Origin: Fluviicoccus keumensis
Lineage (GTDB): Bacteria; Pseudomonadota; Gammaproteobacteria; Pseudomonadales; Moraxellaceae
Direction: 5' to 3'
Length of the DNA: 32,000 nucleotides
Assembly: GCF_004217445.1 (NCBI RefSeq)
Contig: NZ_SHKX01000013.1
Location: 451,031-483,030 of the forward strand
Position 1 is the stretch's first letter, and each line of letters begins with the position of its first letter. Of the stretch, positions 1 through 10,513 are shown piece by piece. Both the position numbers and the translations under genes were made by a program. The notes below the pieces were generated by a model. The model had not been told where the DNA came from. It saw only the letters and a list, made by a program, of their open reading frames with translations, and searched no databases.

Positions 1-620
1 TGGGTTCCGACGGCACACTGGATGCCGGCGGGCTCAGCCTGTTCCTGGCCGATGTTTTCGAGAAGAAGCCGGGAGCCGGCCTCAAGGTCGGCTTCACCGC
101 CCGGCTGGTGCCGAAGGAATTCACCATCAAGGCGCGCGCCAACGTTACCGGGCGCGAACTGACGCTGCTCAACGCCTGGCTGTTCCGGGACGGCCTGAAG
201 CTGGCGCTGGGCAACCGCCTCACCGCCCGCCAGCTGGATGCCGTGATCAGCCCGGGCAACCGCCTCACCGCCGCCGCCGTGCGCGGCGTCATGGATTACG
301 ACACCGGCTTCGTCAGCTTCCGCAATTTCGCGGCGGAAGGACTGGCCGATAGCGACGGCACGGTCACCGATGCGTTGTTCACCGGTTCTTTCGACCTGAA
401 CCGGTTGTTCGTGCGCTGGGATGTCAGCGCACGGCTCTCGGCGACGCGGTCGCAGCAACTGCTGAAAGCCGCGCCATCGCTGGCGGCGCTGCTGGATGCC
501 GACGGACGCCTGCCCTTCCGCTTCAAGGTGGAAGGCCCGATGGACAAGCCACGGGTTTTGGCGGGCGCCATGGTCGCGCCGCCGGTCGGAACCCCGGTGG
601 CGGTCATTGGCGATCATTAG
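1..620 (+). CDS. AsmA-family protein, C-terminal part (5' end lies outside the window)
   Basis: Frame 3 is open from the window edge to TAG 618-620; the tracked start at 108 is only an internal GTG. Codons are GC3-rich. The C-terminal block LPFRFKVEGPMDKPRV resembles the conserved end of AsmA-like C-terminal domains (motif recalled, not searched). Confidence 0.5.
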   Translation, partial: GSDGTLDAGGLSLFLADVFEKKPGAGLKVGFTARLVPKEFTIKARANVTGRELTLLNAWLFRDGLKLALGNRLTARQLDAVISPGNRLTAAAVRGVMDYDTGFVSFRNFAAEGLADSDGTVTDALFTGSFDLNRLFVRWDVSARLSATRSQQLLKAAPSLAALLDADGRLPFRFKVEGPMDKPRVLAGAMVAPPVGTPVAVIGDH

Positions 621-700
621 CGGACTGGTCATAATGCCGCCTGCCCGAAAGACGGCCGCGCTATAGGCTCCGGATAGGCCATGACAACAAAAAGAAGAAT

Positions 701-2536
701 ATGCTGAAAACGTCCAGGCTACTGCATACCCGCCACCGAGCCCTCCGGCTGCTGATGCTGGCGCTCTGCTGCGCCTGCGTCTGTCACGCCGCCCTGGCGG
801 GAACACTGGTGGTCGACCCGGCCGCGCCGCGACTCACCCCCGGTCATCACCTCGATTATCTGGCCGACCCCGGTCGCAGCCTCAGTCCGTCCGAGGTCGG
901 CCGTCGCACGGACTGGCAGCCGGTGCGCGGCGAAACGGCCAATTTCGGTTACAGTCACAGCGCCCTGTGGCTGCGCGCCAAGCTGCTGAACCCTTCGCCG
1001 CACCCGCAAAACCGCCTGCTGGAAATCGGTTATCCGGTGCTGGACAAGCTGCAGATCTGGGCGCAACCCTCGGCCGGACCGTCGCAGGCCTGGCTGCTGG
1101 GCGACAAGTTGCCCTTCGCCACCCGCCCCATCCTGCACCGGCATTTCCTGGTGCCGCTCACCCTGCCCGCCAACGGCAGCGTCGACCTGCTGATCCGTGT
1201 CGAAACCGGCAGCAGCGTGCAGGTGCCGGTCAACCTGTGGCAACCCGATGCCTTCCGCCAGCATGACGAACAGACCGGCCTCATCCTCGGCATGTATTTC
1301 GGCATCATGCTCAGCATGCTGCTCTACAACAGCTTCCTCTGCTTCTCCCTGCGCGAGCGCCAGTACGCGTGGTACGTCGGTTATGTCGCCGCCATCACCG
1401 TCTTCCTGGCCAGCCTGGACGGCCTCAGCTTCCAGTACCTGTGGCCGAACGCCACTATCTGGAACGACCGGGTGATCGTGTTCAGCCTGGCGCTGACGCT
1501 GTTCTTCGGGGCCCTGTTCGCCGGCAGTTTCCTGCACATCGAACGCGCCGGACGCGGCATCCGGCTGGCCATGCGGCTGACGCTGGCGGGCAGCCTGGCC
1601 AGTGCGGCGGCGGCCTTCCTGACGCACTACACCATTTCCATCCATCTGGTGGAAGGCTGCGCCATCGTCTGCATCCCGGTCATCTTCAGTTTCGCCGTCT
1701 ATCGCGCCTGGCAGGGCTACAAACCCGCCCGTTTCTACATCGCCGCCTGGTCTTTCGTGCTGTTCAGCGGCATCGTGCTGGCGCTGGACAAATACGGCCT
1801 GATCGCGCATTCGGCGCTCACGGTGGTGGCGGTGCCGATCGGTTCGTCCATGCAGATACTGCTGCTGTCCTTCGCGCTAGCCGACCGGGTACAGCAGGAA
1901 CGCCGCCGCCGCGAGGACGCCCGTATCGACATGCTGCGGATGCAACAGGAAGCCAATACCGCCCTGGAACTGCGGGTGCAGGCGCGCACCGTGGAATTGA
2001 TGGAGGCCAACATCCGCCTGCAGGAGCTGACCATCACCGATGCGCTTACGGGGGCTCACAACCGGCGGCACTTTGACGAAGTCCTGCGGCAGGAAGTCAA
2101 GCGGGCCTTGCGCAGCGGCGACCATCTGGGACTGCTGATCATCGACGCCGACCACTTCAAGCGCATCAACGACACCTGGGGCCACCCGACCGGCGACGCC
2201 TGCCTGCAGGCCATTGCCCGGGTATTGCAGGGAGAGATACACCGGGAATGCGACACGGTGGCGCGGTTTGGCGGCGAGGAATTCTGCCTGGTGCTGCCCT
2301 CCACCGACGGCGACGGGGTGGCGCATGTGGCCGAAAAACTGCGGGCCACGCTGGAACAAACCCTGATCCCGGGTCCGCAAGGCCCGATACGCATCACGGT
2401 CAGCATCGGGGCGGTCAGCGTGGTGCCGGAAGATACCGATGACGACGTGCGCATGCTGGCGACCGCCGATGCCGCCCTCTATCTGGCCAAGCAGGACGGC
2501 CGCAACCGCGTCAGTGTGCGGCGCAGCCTGGACTGA
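701..2536 (+). CDS. Diguanylate cyclase with 7TMR-DISM extracellular and 7TM sensor module and a C-terminal GGDEF domain
   Basis: 611 aa. There is an N-terminal signal peptide (LLMLALCCACVCHAALA). The block LWLRAKLLNPS...LLEIGYPVLDKLQIW is typical of 7TMR-DISMED2. Seven hydrophobic segments follow, then a coiled-coil linker and a GGDEF domain with active site RFGGEEF and an intact RxxD I-site (RECD) five residues upstream. Confidence 0.9.
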   Translation: MLKTSRLLHTRHRALRLLMLALCCACVCHAALAGTLVVDPAAPRLTPGHHLDYLADPGRSLSPSEVGRRTDWQPVRGETANFGYSHSALWLRAKLLNPSPHPQNRLLEIGYPVLDKLQIWAQPSAGPSQAWLLGDKLPFATRPILHRHFLVPLTLPANGSVDLLIRVETGSSVQVPVNLWQPDAFRQHDEQTGLILGMYFGIMLSMLLYNSFLCFSLRERQYAWYVGYVAAITVFLASLDGLSFQYLWPNATIWNDRVIVFSLALTLFFGALFAGSFLHIERAGRGIRLAMRLTLAGSLASAAAAFLTHYTISIHLVEGCAIVCIPVIFSFAVYRAWQGYKPARFYIAAWSFVLFSGIVLALDKYGLIAHSALTVVAVPIGSSMQILLLSFALADRVQQERRRREDARIDMLRMQQEANTALELRVQARTVELMEANIRLQELTITDALTGAHNRRHFDEVLRQEVKRALRSGDHLGLLIIDADHFKRINDTWGHPTGDACLQAIARVLQGEIHRECDTVARFGGEEFCLVLPSTDGDGVAHVAEKLRATLEQTLIPGPQGPIRITVSIGAVSVVPEDTDDDVRMLATADAALYLAKQDGRNRVSVRRSLD

Positions 2537-2683
2537 ACAAAAACCGACTTTTTCCGCTATACAATGCCATCCGTCAAGGAAACAGCGTCAACTGTCAGAT
2601 AAACGGCGGGCGTTGTCCGGCAACGGCTTCCGGACCGATTGACTCCCGGGACCGCATCCACTGTCAGTCCGGTCATGGCCTGT

Positions 2684-2709
2684 GCAGGTTTTAACCACTA
2701 TAAACCTGC
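2684..2709. promoter_or_regulatory. Perfect 8-bp inverted repeat GCAGGTTT-N10-AAACCTGC upstream of the START-like gene
   Basis: Read directly: gcaggttt at 2684-2691 and aaacctgc at 2702-2709, about 90 bp upstream of the ATG at 2796. Function unknown (operator or hairpin). Confidence 0.3.
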
Positions 2710-2795
2710 GCGACATCACAACAAAGAATGAGAACGCCCTCACATTTTCGGCTTCGGCCGGTGCGGGCCTTCCGCCACGCATGGAGTCACCGCGC

Positions 2796-3521
2796 ATGAA
2801 GTCACGCCTGTTTGCCCTCGGTCTGATCTTGGCCGTCCTGATGCCAACCCTCCCCGCTTTCGCCAACGGCGACGACGACCTCGACGAACTGCGCACGCCG
2901 CTGGGCAACGAATGGCGGCTGACCCGCCACGACCAGCGCCGCAACATCAAGACCTGGTCGCGGCTGGAAGACGGCAAGCGCTATCGCTCGTTCAAGGTGG
3001 AAGCGGAACTGGAAGGCACGGTCGACTCGTTGGCGCACGTGTTGCTGGATTTCGAGAACTACACCAAGTGGTTTTGGGAAACCCGGGAATCGAAGCTGGT
3101 GAAGCAGGTCTCACCCACCGAATTCATTGTCTACATGGTGCATAACGCCCCGGCCGGATTGCCCGACCGCGACACCGTGCTGCGCGGCGTGCTGGAACCG
3201 CAGACCCGCACCAAGCCCTTTGTGATGCTGCGAGTGACCGCCGCGCCGGACTACATGCCGCAGAAGCGCGGTCTGGTGCGCATGCCCGCCGAGGAAATCA
3301 CCGTCAAGTTCTCGCCGGTGGCGCCAAACAAGATCCATGTGGAAGCCGAGGGTTATTTCGACGCGGGCGGCACCGTCCCCGCCTGGGCGGCCAACTTCGT
3401 GCAGCGCAGCGCGCCCTACAGCGTCATCCTCGGCATGCAGCGGATGATGGGCCAGGACCGCTACATGCTGGCGAAGAGCCCGTTGCCCTTCACCGTTTAC
3501 GGCTGGTCGAACTACAACTGA
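2796..3521 (+). CDS. Exported START/SRPBCC-fold (lipid-binding-like) protein
   Basis: I chose the ATG at 2796 because MKSRLFALGLILAVLMPTLPAFA is a clean signal peptide; the tracked GTG at 2682 adds a non-signal extension. The body (FKVEAELEG..SLAHVLLDFENYTKWFWETRESKLV...GTVPAWAANFV) resembles START-domain proteins by recalled pattern. Confidence 0.6.
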   Translation: MKSRLFALGLILAVLMPTLPAFANGDDDLDELRTPLGNEWRLTRHDQRRNIKTWSRLEDGKRYRSFKVEAELEGTVDSLAHVLLDFENYTKWFWETRESKLVKQVSPTEFIVYMVHNAPAGLPDRDTVLRGVLEPQTRTKPFVMLRVTAAPDYMPQKRGLVRMPAEEITVKFSPVAPNKIHVEAEGYFDAGGTVPAWAANFVQRSAPYSVILGMQRMMGQDRYMLAKSPLPFTVYGWSNYN

Positions 3522-3527
3522 CCGCTT

Positions 3528-5034
<1,507 letters not shown>

Positions 5035-5047
5035 GATTCACCCGCAG

Positions 5048-6193
5048 TCAGCGTGACGGGGCCAGTTGCTCGTAACCGCCCGCCACCGTCGCAATACATC
5101 CGGCCAGTTCCAGCTCCAGGAGCAGGCCGGCCATGGTGGCGGCATCATACCCGCTCTGTTCCACCAGCGCATCAAAGGACTGCACCTGCCAGCCCAGCAC
5201 CGTCAGCACGGCGCGGGCGCGCTCGTCCAGCGGCAGGTCCAGCGGCGGCGGTGCAGCCTGCACCCGGCCCGAGCCGGAGGCCGCCTGCGCCAGTTTCGGC
5301 CCCACATCCTCCAGCAACTGCACCGGCTCGTCCACCAGCCGCGCGCCGTCGCGAATCAGCGCGTGGCAGCCCTTCACCTGCGGATTGTGGATGGAGCCGG
5401 GAATGGCCCAGACCTCGCGGTTCTGTTCCAGCGCCTGGCGGGCGGTAATCAGCGTGCCGCTTTGCAGCGCCGCCTCCACCACCAGCACGCCCAGGCTGAG
5501 ACCGCTGATGACGCGGTTGCGGCGCGGGAAGTGGTATTGCAGCGGCGCGGTCTGCGGCAGGAACTCGCTGACCAGCACGCCGTCCCGCGCCACGATCGAC
5601 TCCGCCAGCGCCGCATGCGCGCGCGGGTAGAGATCGCACAAGCCCGAACCCAGCACCGCCACGGTGATGCCGTCCGCCTGCACCGCCGCCTGATGCGCGG
5701 CGGCGTCAATACCCGCCGCCAGACCGCTGGTGATGCCCAGCCCCTGCCGCGCCAGCTCGCCGGCGAATTCGCGCGCCGTCGCCAGCCCGTTCTGGCTGGG
5801 GCGGCGGCTGCCCACCATCGCCACCTGCGGCCACGACAAATGGCCCGCCTCGCCACGGCAGAACAGCAACGGCGGCGGGTCGGCGATTTCACGCAACAAG
5901 GGGGGATAGGCCGTATCGGCCAAGGTCAGCACGGTAATGCCGTGCCGTTCAATCAGCTGCAGCGCGCGCTCGACATCGGAACGGACCACGCGGTCATCGC
6001 CGCCGCGCCACTGCTCCAGCGCCCGCACCCGCGCGGCGGACAGGCCCGCCTGCCGCCACAACGCCGGATCGGCCTGCAACAACACCGCCGGGTTATCGGC
6101 CACGCGCCACAATTTGAGGAAGGCGGTATGCGACTGTTCCAGCAATCGCCACAACAACAGCCAGGACTCCCGCCCGGCAAAACCTGTATCCAT
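5048..6193 (-). CDS. dprA: DNA-processing protein A (Smf)
   Basis: 381 aa. The Rossmann-like DprA core is VAMVGSRRPSQNGLATAREFAGELARQGLGITSGLAAGIDAAAHQAAV ... NRVISGLSLGVLVVEA, followed by a C-terminal winged-helix-like tail. Classical position opposite def-fmt. Confidence 0.9.
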   Translation of the reverse strand: MDTGFAGRESWLLLWRLLEQSHTAFLKLWRVADNPAVLLQADPALWRQAGLSAARVRALEQWRGGDDRVVRSDVERALQLIERHGITVLTLADTAYPPLLREIADPPPLLFCRGEAGHLSWPQVAMVGSRRPSQNGLATAREFAGELARQGLGITSGLAAGIDAAAHQAAVQADGITVAVLGSGLCDLYPRAHAALAESIVARDGVLVSEFLPQTAPLQYHFPRRNRVISGLSLGVLVVEAALQSGTLITARQALEQNREVWAIPGSIHNPQVKGCHALIRDGARLVDEPVQLLEDVGPKLAQAASGSGRVQAAPPPLDLPLDERARAVLTVLGWQVQSFDALVEQSGYDAATMAGLLLELELAGCIATVAGGYEQLAPSR

Positions 6194-6229
6194 AACATCC
6201 CTGCACGCCGTCCCGGCGTTTTCCGGCCG

Positions 6230-6258
6230 AAAAAAAGGGCTGTCTATCCAGACAGCCC
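6230..6258 (-). terminator. Rho-independent terminator after the LysM gene (minus strand)
   Basis: Perfect 9-bp stem GGGCTGTCT (6237-6245) / AGACAGCCC (6250-6258) with a 4-nt loop. On the minus strand it is followed by a run of 7 T (plus-strand A 6230-6236). A second 7-bp hairpin AAACGGT/ACCGTTT lies at 6261-6277. Confidence 0.75.
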
Positions 6259-6292
6259 GAAAACGGTAAAACCGTTTGAAAGGGTTGGAGCC

Positions 6293-7390
6293 TTAGTCGC
6301 CGCTGACCGGAGGACGGATCTCGTCGCCCTGTTTCACCACGGTCGAGGCTTTCAGCACAATGGCGTAGCTGACCTTGTTGAAGGTGCGGAACACCATCGC
6401 CAGACCGGAACGCTCGGAAGGCAGCTGCACCAGTTCATCCTTGGTGCGGTCGCGCACAACGCCCCCGTGCTGGTAAACCGCGAAGGTGTGTCCTTGAACC
6501 ACGCCGTCGCGCTCGCCGCGGTTAACGACGATGATGCTGTTCAGACCGCCGGAACCCAGCGAGTTCATGACCTGCAGGATGCGGCCGGGCTTCACGTTCT
6601 CGGGGTTGGTCGGGTGGAAAACCGGGGTCACCGGCATGGCTTCGCTCAGCAGCAGGCGATCCTCGATACGAACTTCCTGGGTGGTGCGGGCCACGGAGAG
6701 GGTGCCGACATCGCCCTGCACAGCCGTGATGCTGCCGGCGCCGATGTCCATGGCTTCGATGCCCAGGATTTCCTGGGTGTCCGGATCCAGATAGAGATTG
6801 CCGCGGCGGTATACGCCATAGTTGTCGCCAACCGCCAATCCCTTGCCGCGCGCATAAACCTGTTCGCCGGCGCCGGCGATGATGCGGTGACCCAGACCGG
6901 CCAGCACATAGGGAGCGCGTTCGAAGTCTTCCGGCCCGACCACGCGGCTGCCGGACAGGAAGGCGCGGATGGCCTGCAGCGGCACGGCGGGAATGGCCAC
7001 GCTCATCGGTTCGGAACGGATTTGCGGCAACAGCTTGCCGGAGTCGCCGTCAACACGGCCGGTCGCCTTGTTGGTCAGGCGCTGCGCCACATCCGCGCAC
7101 CCGCCGCCGGTATCCACCGCGACCACGTTACGGTCCTGGATACGGCACAGCACCAGCTTGTCGCCGGGATAGATCAGGTGGGGATTGCGCACCTGCGGGT
7201 TCACTTCCCAGATTTCCGGCCAGCGCCACGGATCCTTCAGGTATCGGTTGGAAATGTCCCACAGGGTGTCGCCCTTCTGGACCGTGTAGCGCTCAGGCGC
7301 CGTGTCCTTGACATCGACAGGCTTGGGGCTGGCAGCCATGGCGCTACCGGCCAGCAGGCCGGCAACGAGTAATAGAACCGGTTTTTTCAT
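6293..7390 (-). CDS. LysM peptidoglycan-binding protein, TsaP-like by position
   Basis: I prefer the ATG at 7390 (MKKPVLLLVAGLLAGSAMA signal peptide) over the TTG at 7396. LysM motif: YTVQKGDTLWDISNRYLKDPWRWPEIWEVNPQVRNPHLIYPGDKL. It occupies the slot between dprA and def where Pseudomonas/Neisseria carry the LysM protein TsaP (recalled synteny). Confidence 0.8.
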   Translation of the reverse strand: MKKPVLLLVAGLLAGSAMAASPKPVDVKDTAPERYTVQKGDTLWDISNRYLKDPWRWPEIWEVNPQVRNPHLIYPGDKLVLCRIQDRNVVAVDTGGGCADVAQRLTNKATGRVDGDSGKLLPQIRSEPMSVAIPAVPLQAIRAFLSGSRVVGPEDFERAPYVLAGLGHRIIAGAGEQVYARGKGLAVGDNYGVYRRGNLYLDPDTQEILGIEAMDIGAGSITAVQGDVGTLSVARTTQEVRIEDRLLLSEAMPVTPVFHPTNPENVKPGRILQVMNSLGSGGLNSIIVVNRGERDGVVQGHTFAVYQHGGVVRDRTKDELVQLPSERSGLAMVFRTFNKVSYAIVLKASTVVKQGDEIRPPVSGD

Positions 7391-7553
7391 TATCAATTCC
7401 CTTCTTGGCGGGACTTATGGTCGCAAGGAGTCAAGGCCGCTATAATAAGCAACAATCCGTCCTTACTCTTTACGGCCTAATAGACGCACTTTTACAACAT
7501 GCTCAAGTGCTTATCAAGCATTGTTGTGATTTAACGGCAGGTGGTTGGCAAAT

Positions 7554-8060
7554 ATGGCAAAGCTTCCGATACTCCATTTCCCCGATCCGCGATTGCGAAC
7601 CCGGGCCAAACCCGTGTCCGTGGTGGATGATAACATCCGCCAGCTTGCCGAAGATATGCTCGAAACGATGTATGACGCACCGGGCATCGGCTTGGCGGCA
7701 ACCCAGGTGAACCAGCACATCCGCCTGCTGGTGCTGGACATCAGCGAGGACAAGAGCGCGCCGATGGTGTTCATCAATCCCGTCATCACCCCGCTGACGC
7801 AGGACTGCGTGCCTTATGAAGAAGGCTGCCTGTCCGTGCCCGGCTCCTACGACGAAGTGCAGCGCCCGGCCCGCATCCGCGTCGAGGCGCTGGACCGCAA
7901 CGGCAAGCCCTTCACCCTGGAAACCGACGGCCTGCTGGCGGTGTGCCTGCAGCACGAAGTCGACCATCTCGACGGCAAGCTCTTTGTCGATTACCTGTCG
8001 CCGCTGAAACGCCAGCGCATCAAGACCAAGCTTGAAAAACTGCAAAAGCAACGCGCCTAG
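7554..8060 (+). CDS. def: Peptide deformylase
   Basis: All three PDF motifs are present: [16 protein letters not shown] and [10 protein letters not shown] prefer the ATG at 7554 ([15 protein letters not shown]) over the tracked TTG at 7545. Confidence 0.95.
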   Translation: MAKLPILHFPDPRLRTRAKPVSVVDDNIRQLAEDMLETMYDAPGIGLAATQVNQHIRLLVLDISEDKSAPMVFINPVITPLTQDCVPYEEGCLSVPGSYDEVQRPARIRVEALDRNGKPFTLETDGLLAVCLQHEVDHLDGKLFVDYLSPLKRQRIKTKLEKLQKQRA

Positions 8061-8092
8061 GCGCACCGAATTCCAAAGGAGAGGTTTGTTTC

Positions 8093-9058
8093 TTGTCCAG
8101 TCCCAGTAGTCCGTTACGCATCGTCTTCGCCGGTACGCCGGTTTTCGCGGCCGAATCGCTGCGCGCCCTGTTGCAGAACGGTCATGACGTCGTTGCCGTC
8201 TACACCCAGCCCGACCGCCCCACCGGTCGCGGCCGCAAGGTGGAATCCGGCCCGGTGAAGGAGCTGGCCATCGACCGCCAGTTACCGGTTTACCAGCCGC
8301 TCTCGCTGCGCGACCCCGCCGCCCAGGCCGAACTGGCCGAGCTGCAACCCGACCTGATGGTGGTGGCCGCCTATGGCCTGATCCTGCCGCAGGCGGTGCT
8401 GGACATTCCCCGCCTCGGCTGCATCAACGTGCACGGCTCGCTGCTGCCGCGCTGGCGCGGCGCAGCGCCCATCCAGCGCGCCATCCTGGCCGGAGACCGC
8501 GAGACCGGCATCACCATCATGCAGATGGACGCCGGACTGGACACTGGCGACATGCTCTACAAGCTGACCTGTCCCATTTCCGGCCACGACACCTCGGCCA
8601 GCCTGCACGACCGGCTGGCGCTGCTGGGCGGCGATGCGCTGCTGCACGTGGTCGACGCGCTGGAAAACGGCGAAATCCTGACCCCGGAACCGCAGGACAG
8701 CGCACAGGCCACCTATGCCGCCAAACTGGTGAAGGAAGAAGGCCTGGTCAACTGGTCGCTGCCCGCCATCGAGGTGGTGCGCGCCATCCGCGCCTATAAC
8801 CCGTGGCCGGTGGCCTATACCCTGCTGCAGGGCCAGGCCGTGCGCCTGTGGTCGGCGCGGGTGATCGAGGAAACCACCACCGCTCCCGCCGGGATGATCG
8901 TGCAGGCCGACCGCAAGGGTCTGCGCGTGGCGGCGGGCAACAGCACCGTTGTCGCCATCGATACCCTGCAACTGCCCAACGGCAAGGCCCTGGGCTATGC
9001 CGACGTGCTGAACGCCCGCCGCGAGCTGCTGCAGCCCGGCGTGGTGCTCGGCGCATGA
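8093..9058 (+). CDS. fmt: Methionyl-tRNA formyltransferase
   Basis: 321 aa. Motifs are IVFAGTPVFAA and INVHGSLLPRWRGAAPIQRAI, plus the C-terminal Fmt domain. TTG start at 8093 lies about 10 nt after a strong SD (AAGGAGAGG, 8077-8085). Immediately downstream of def. Confidence 0.93.
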   Translation: MSSPSSPLRIVFAGTPVFAAESLRALLQNGHDVVAVYTQPDRPTGRGRKVESGPVKELAIDRQLPVYQPLSLRDPAAQAELAELQPDLMVVAAYGLILPQAVLDIPRLGCINVHGSLLPRWRGAAPIQRAILAGDRETGITIMQMDAGLDTGDMLYKLTCPISGHDTSASLHDRLALLGGDALLHVVDALENGEILTPEPQDSAQATYAAKLVKEEGLVNWSLPAIEVVRAIRAYNPWPVAYTLLQGQAVRLWSARVIEETTTAPAGMIVQADRKGLRVAAGNSTVVAIDTLQLPNGKALGYADVLNARRELLQPGVVLGA

Positions 9059-10356
9059 AGAAACTCTCCACCCGCGCCCTGGCCGCCAAGGCGCTGGCCC
9101 CGGTGCTGGCGGGCAAGTCCTCGCTGGGGGCCACCCTGCCGCCCGCCCAGCAGGCCTGCCTGCCGCGCGACCGTCCCCTGTTGCAGAACCTGGTGCTGGG
9201 CTGCACCCGCGAATGGGTATATCTGGAAGCGCTGCTGCGGCCGCTGCTGCAACAGCCGGTGAAGGACAAGGCGGTGCTGGCGCTGCTGGGTCTGGGACTC
9301 TATCAACTGCTGCGCACCCGCATTCCGCCGCACGCCGCCATCGGTGAAACCGTGGAAGCCGCCAAGGAACTGGGCTTCGCCCGCGCCGCCGGGTTGATCA
9401 ATGCGCTGCTGCGCCGCTTCCTGCGCGAACAACAGGACCTGCTGGTGGCCGGGGTCGGCTTTGAACATGCGCATCCGGGCTGGCTGAAGAAACGCCTGGA
9501 AAAAGACTGGCCGGACCACGCCGCCGCCATCCTCGCCGCCAACAACGAGCCCGCGCCGCTGACCCTGCGTGTCAACCGCCGCCGCCTGACCCGCAACGAT
9601 TATCTGGTGAAGCTGAAGGAAGCCGGGATCAGCGCCGAACCCAGTGCGCTGTCGCCGGAAGGCATCCGCCTGCACGAACTGCACGATGTCACCGCCCTGC
9701 CCGGTTATGCCGAGGGCGAGTTCTCGGTGCAGGATGAATCGGCGCAGCTGGCCGCCGGTCTGCTGGCCCCGGCCGCCGGATCGGTGGTGCTGGACGCCTG
9801 CGCCGCGCCGGGCGGCAAGACCGCGCACCTGCTGGAAACCGCCGACCCGCAACAGCTGTGGGCCATCGACAGCGACGCCGGACGGCTGGAACGCGTGCGC
9901 GATAACCTGCGCCGCCTGCAACTGGATCATCCGGCGCTGACCCTGCTGGCCGCCGACGCCGCCGACCCCGACGCCTGGGCGGGCGACACCGTGTTCGACG
10001 CCATCCTGCTGGACGCGCCATGCACCGGCACCGGAGTCATCCGCCGTCACCCCGACATCAAGCTGCTGCGCAAACCCGACGACATCGGCCGGACGGTGGA
10101 CTTGCAGGCGAAAATCCTGCGGGCGCTGTGGACGCGGCTGAAGCCCGGCGGCCGCCTGCTGTACGCCACCTGCTCGGTGATCCGCGCCGAGAATGAAAAC
10201 CAGATCGGGCATTTCCTGAAGGAAACGCCCGATGCGCGGGAAGTGACGATTGACGCCGTCTGGGGACTGGAACGGCCGCACGGACGGCAGATCCTGCCCA
10301 CTATTGGCGGCGGCGACGGTTTCTTTTATGCGTTGCTGGAGAAGACTTCAGCCTAG
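9055..10356 (+). CDS. rsmB: 16S rRNA (cytosine967-C5)-methyltransferase
   Basis: The start ATG 9055 overlaps the fmt stop (ATGA). There is an N-terminal NusB-like region, the SAM motif DACAAPGGKT, and catalytic blocks PCTGTGVIRRHPD and YATCS. The tracked start 8803 is a shadow extension inside fmt. Confidence 0.9.
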   Translation: MKKLSTRALAAKALAPVLAGKSSLGATLPPAQQACLPRDRPLLQNLVLGCTREWVYLEALLRPLLQQPVKDKAVLALLGLGLYQLLRTRIPPHAAIGETVEAAKELGFARAAGLINALLRRFLREQQDLLVAGVGFEHAHPGWLKKRLEKDWPDHAAAILAANNEPAPLTLRVNRRRLTRNDYLVKLKEAGISAEPSALSPEGIRLHELHDVTALPGYAEGEFSVQDESAQLAAGLLAPAAGSVVLDACAAPGGKTAHLLETADPQQLWAIDSDAGRLERVRDNLRRLQLDHPALTLLAADAADPDAWAGDTVFDAILLDAPCTGTGVIRRHPDIKLLRKPDDIGRTVDLQAKILRALWTRLKPGGRLLYATCSVIRAENENQIGHFLKETPDAREVTIDAVWGLERPHGRQILPTIGGGDGFFYALLEKTSA

Positions 10357-10361
10357 ACCTT

Positions 10362-10382
10362 CCCTCCTGTGCAACAGGGGGG
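10362..10382 (+). other. C-run/G-run hairpin just after the rsmB stop
   Basis: CCCTCCTGT (10362-10370), loop GCA, ACAGGGGGG (10374-10382). This gives 9 pairs if one T:G (U:G in RNA) is allowed. A 6-bp hairpin CGATGC/GCATCG follows at 10383-10398. Confidence 0.4.
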
Positions 10383-10480
10383 CGATGCGCAGGCATCGGG
10401 GGGTTGCTCCCGCCGGACACACCCTCCGCCACAGTCACCATGCTCAGCCTACCGCTGTTACCCCCCAGCCCTGCGGGCAG

Positions 10481-10502
10481 CCCCCCTGCCGGGCAGGGGG
10501 GG
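10481..10502. terminator. GC-rich palindrome between convergent rsmB and Anbu genes (possible bidirectional terminator)
   Basis: CCCCCCTGCC (10481-10490) is the reverse complement of GGCAGGGGGG (10492-10501). It lies 12 bp from the Anbu stop. There are no flanking T-runs, so the terminator function is inferred only from position. Confidence 0.4.
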
Positions 10503-10513
10503 CGTAACCGCAC

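Noticed and set aside
719-1810. Other long antisense or alternative-frame ORFs: 719-1810, 3753-4790, 4486-5448, 8995-10281, 12196-13521, 17842-18741, 25564-26454, 25614-26657
   Set aside because: The reasoning is the same for all. Each overlaps a gene with clear family motifs, and each translates to Arg/Gly/Ala/Pro-rich sequence without motifs.
5066-7372. 768-aa plus-strand ORF spanning the dprA and LysM region
   Set aside because: It is antisense to two ORFs with clear domain motifs. Its translation is Arg/Gly/Ala/Gln-rich low complexity with no recognisable motif. This is the typical shadow frame of high-GC DNA.
8803-9054. N-terminal extensions suggested by the ORF track (rsmB from 8803, Anbu from 11290, ATP-grasp from 13632, TetR from 17078, redoxin from 18829, GyrI-like from 21517, DMT from 26693, DUF3775-like from 24807)
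   Set aside because: The extensions overlap upstream genes, terminators or operators, and are Arg/Pro-rich. Internal ATGs with SD sequences give family-typical N-termini and lengths.
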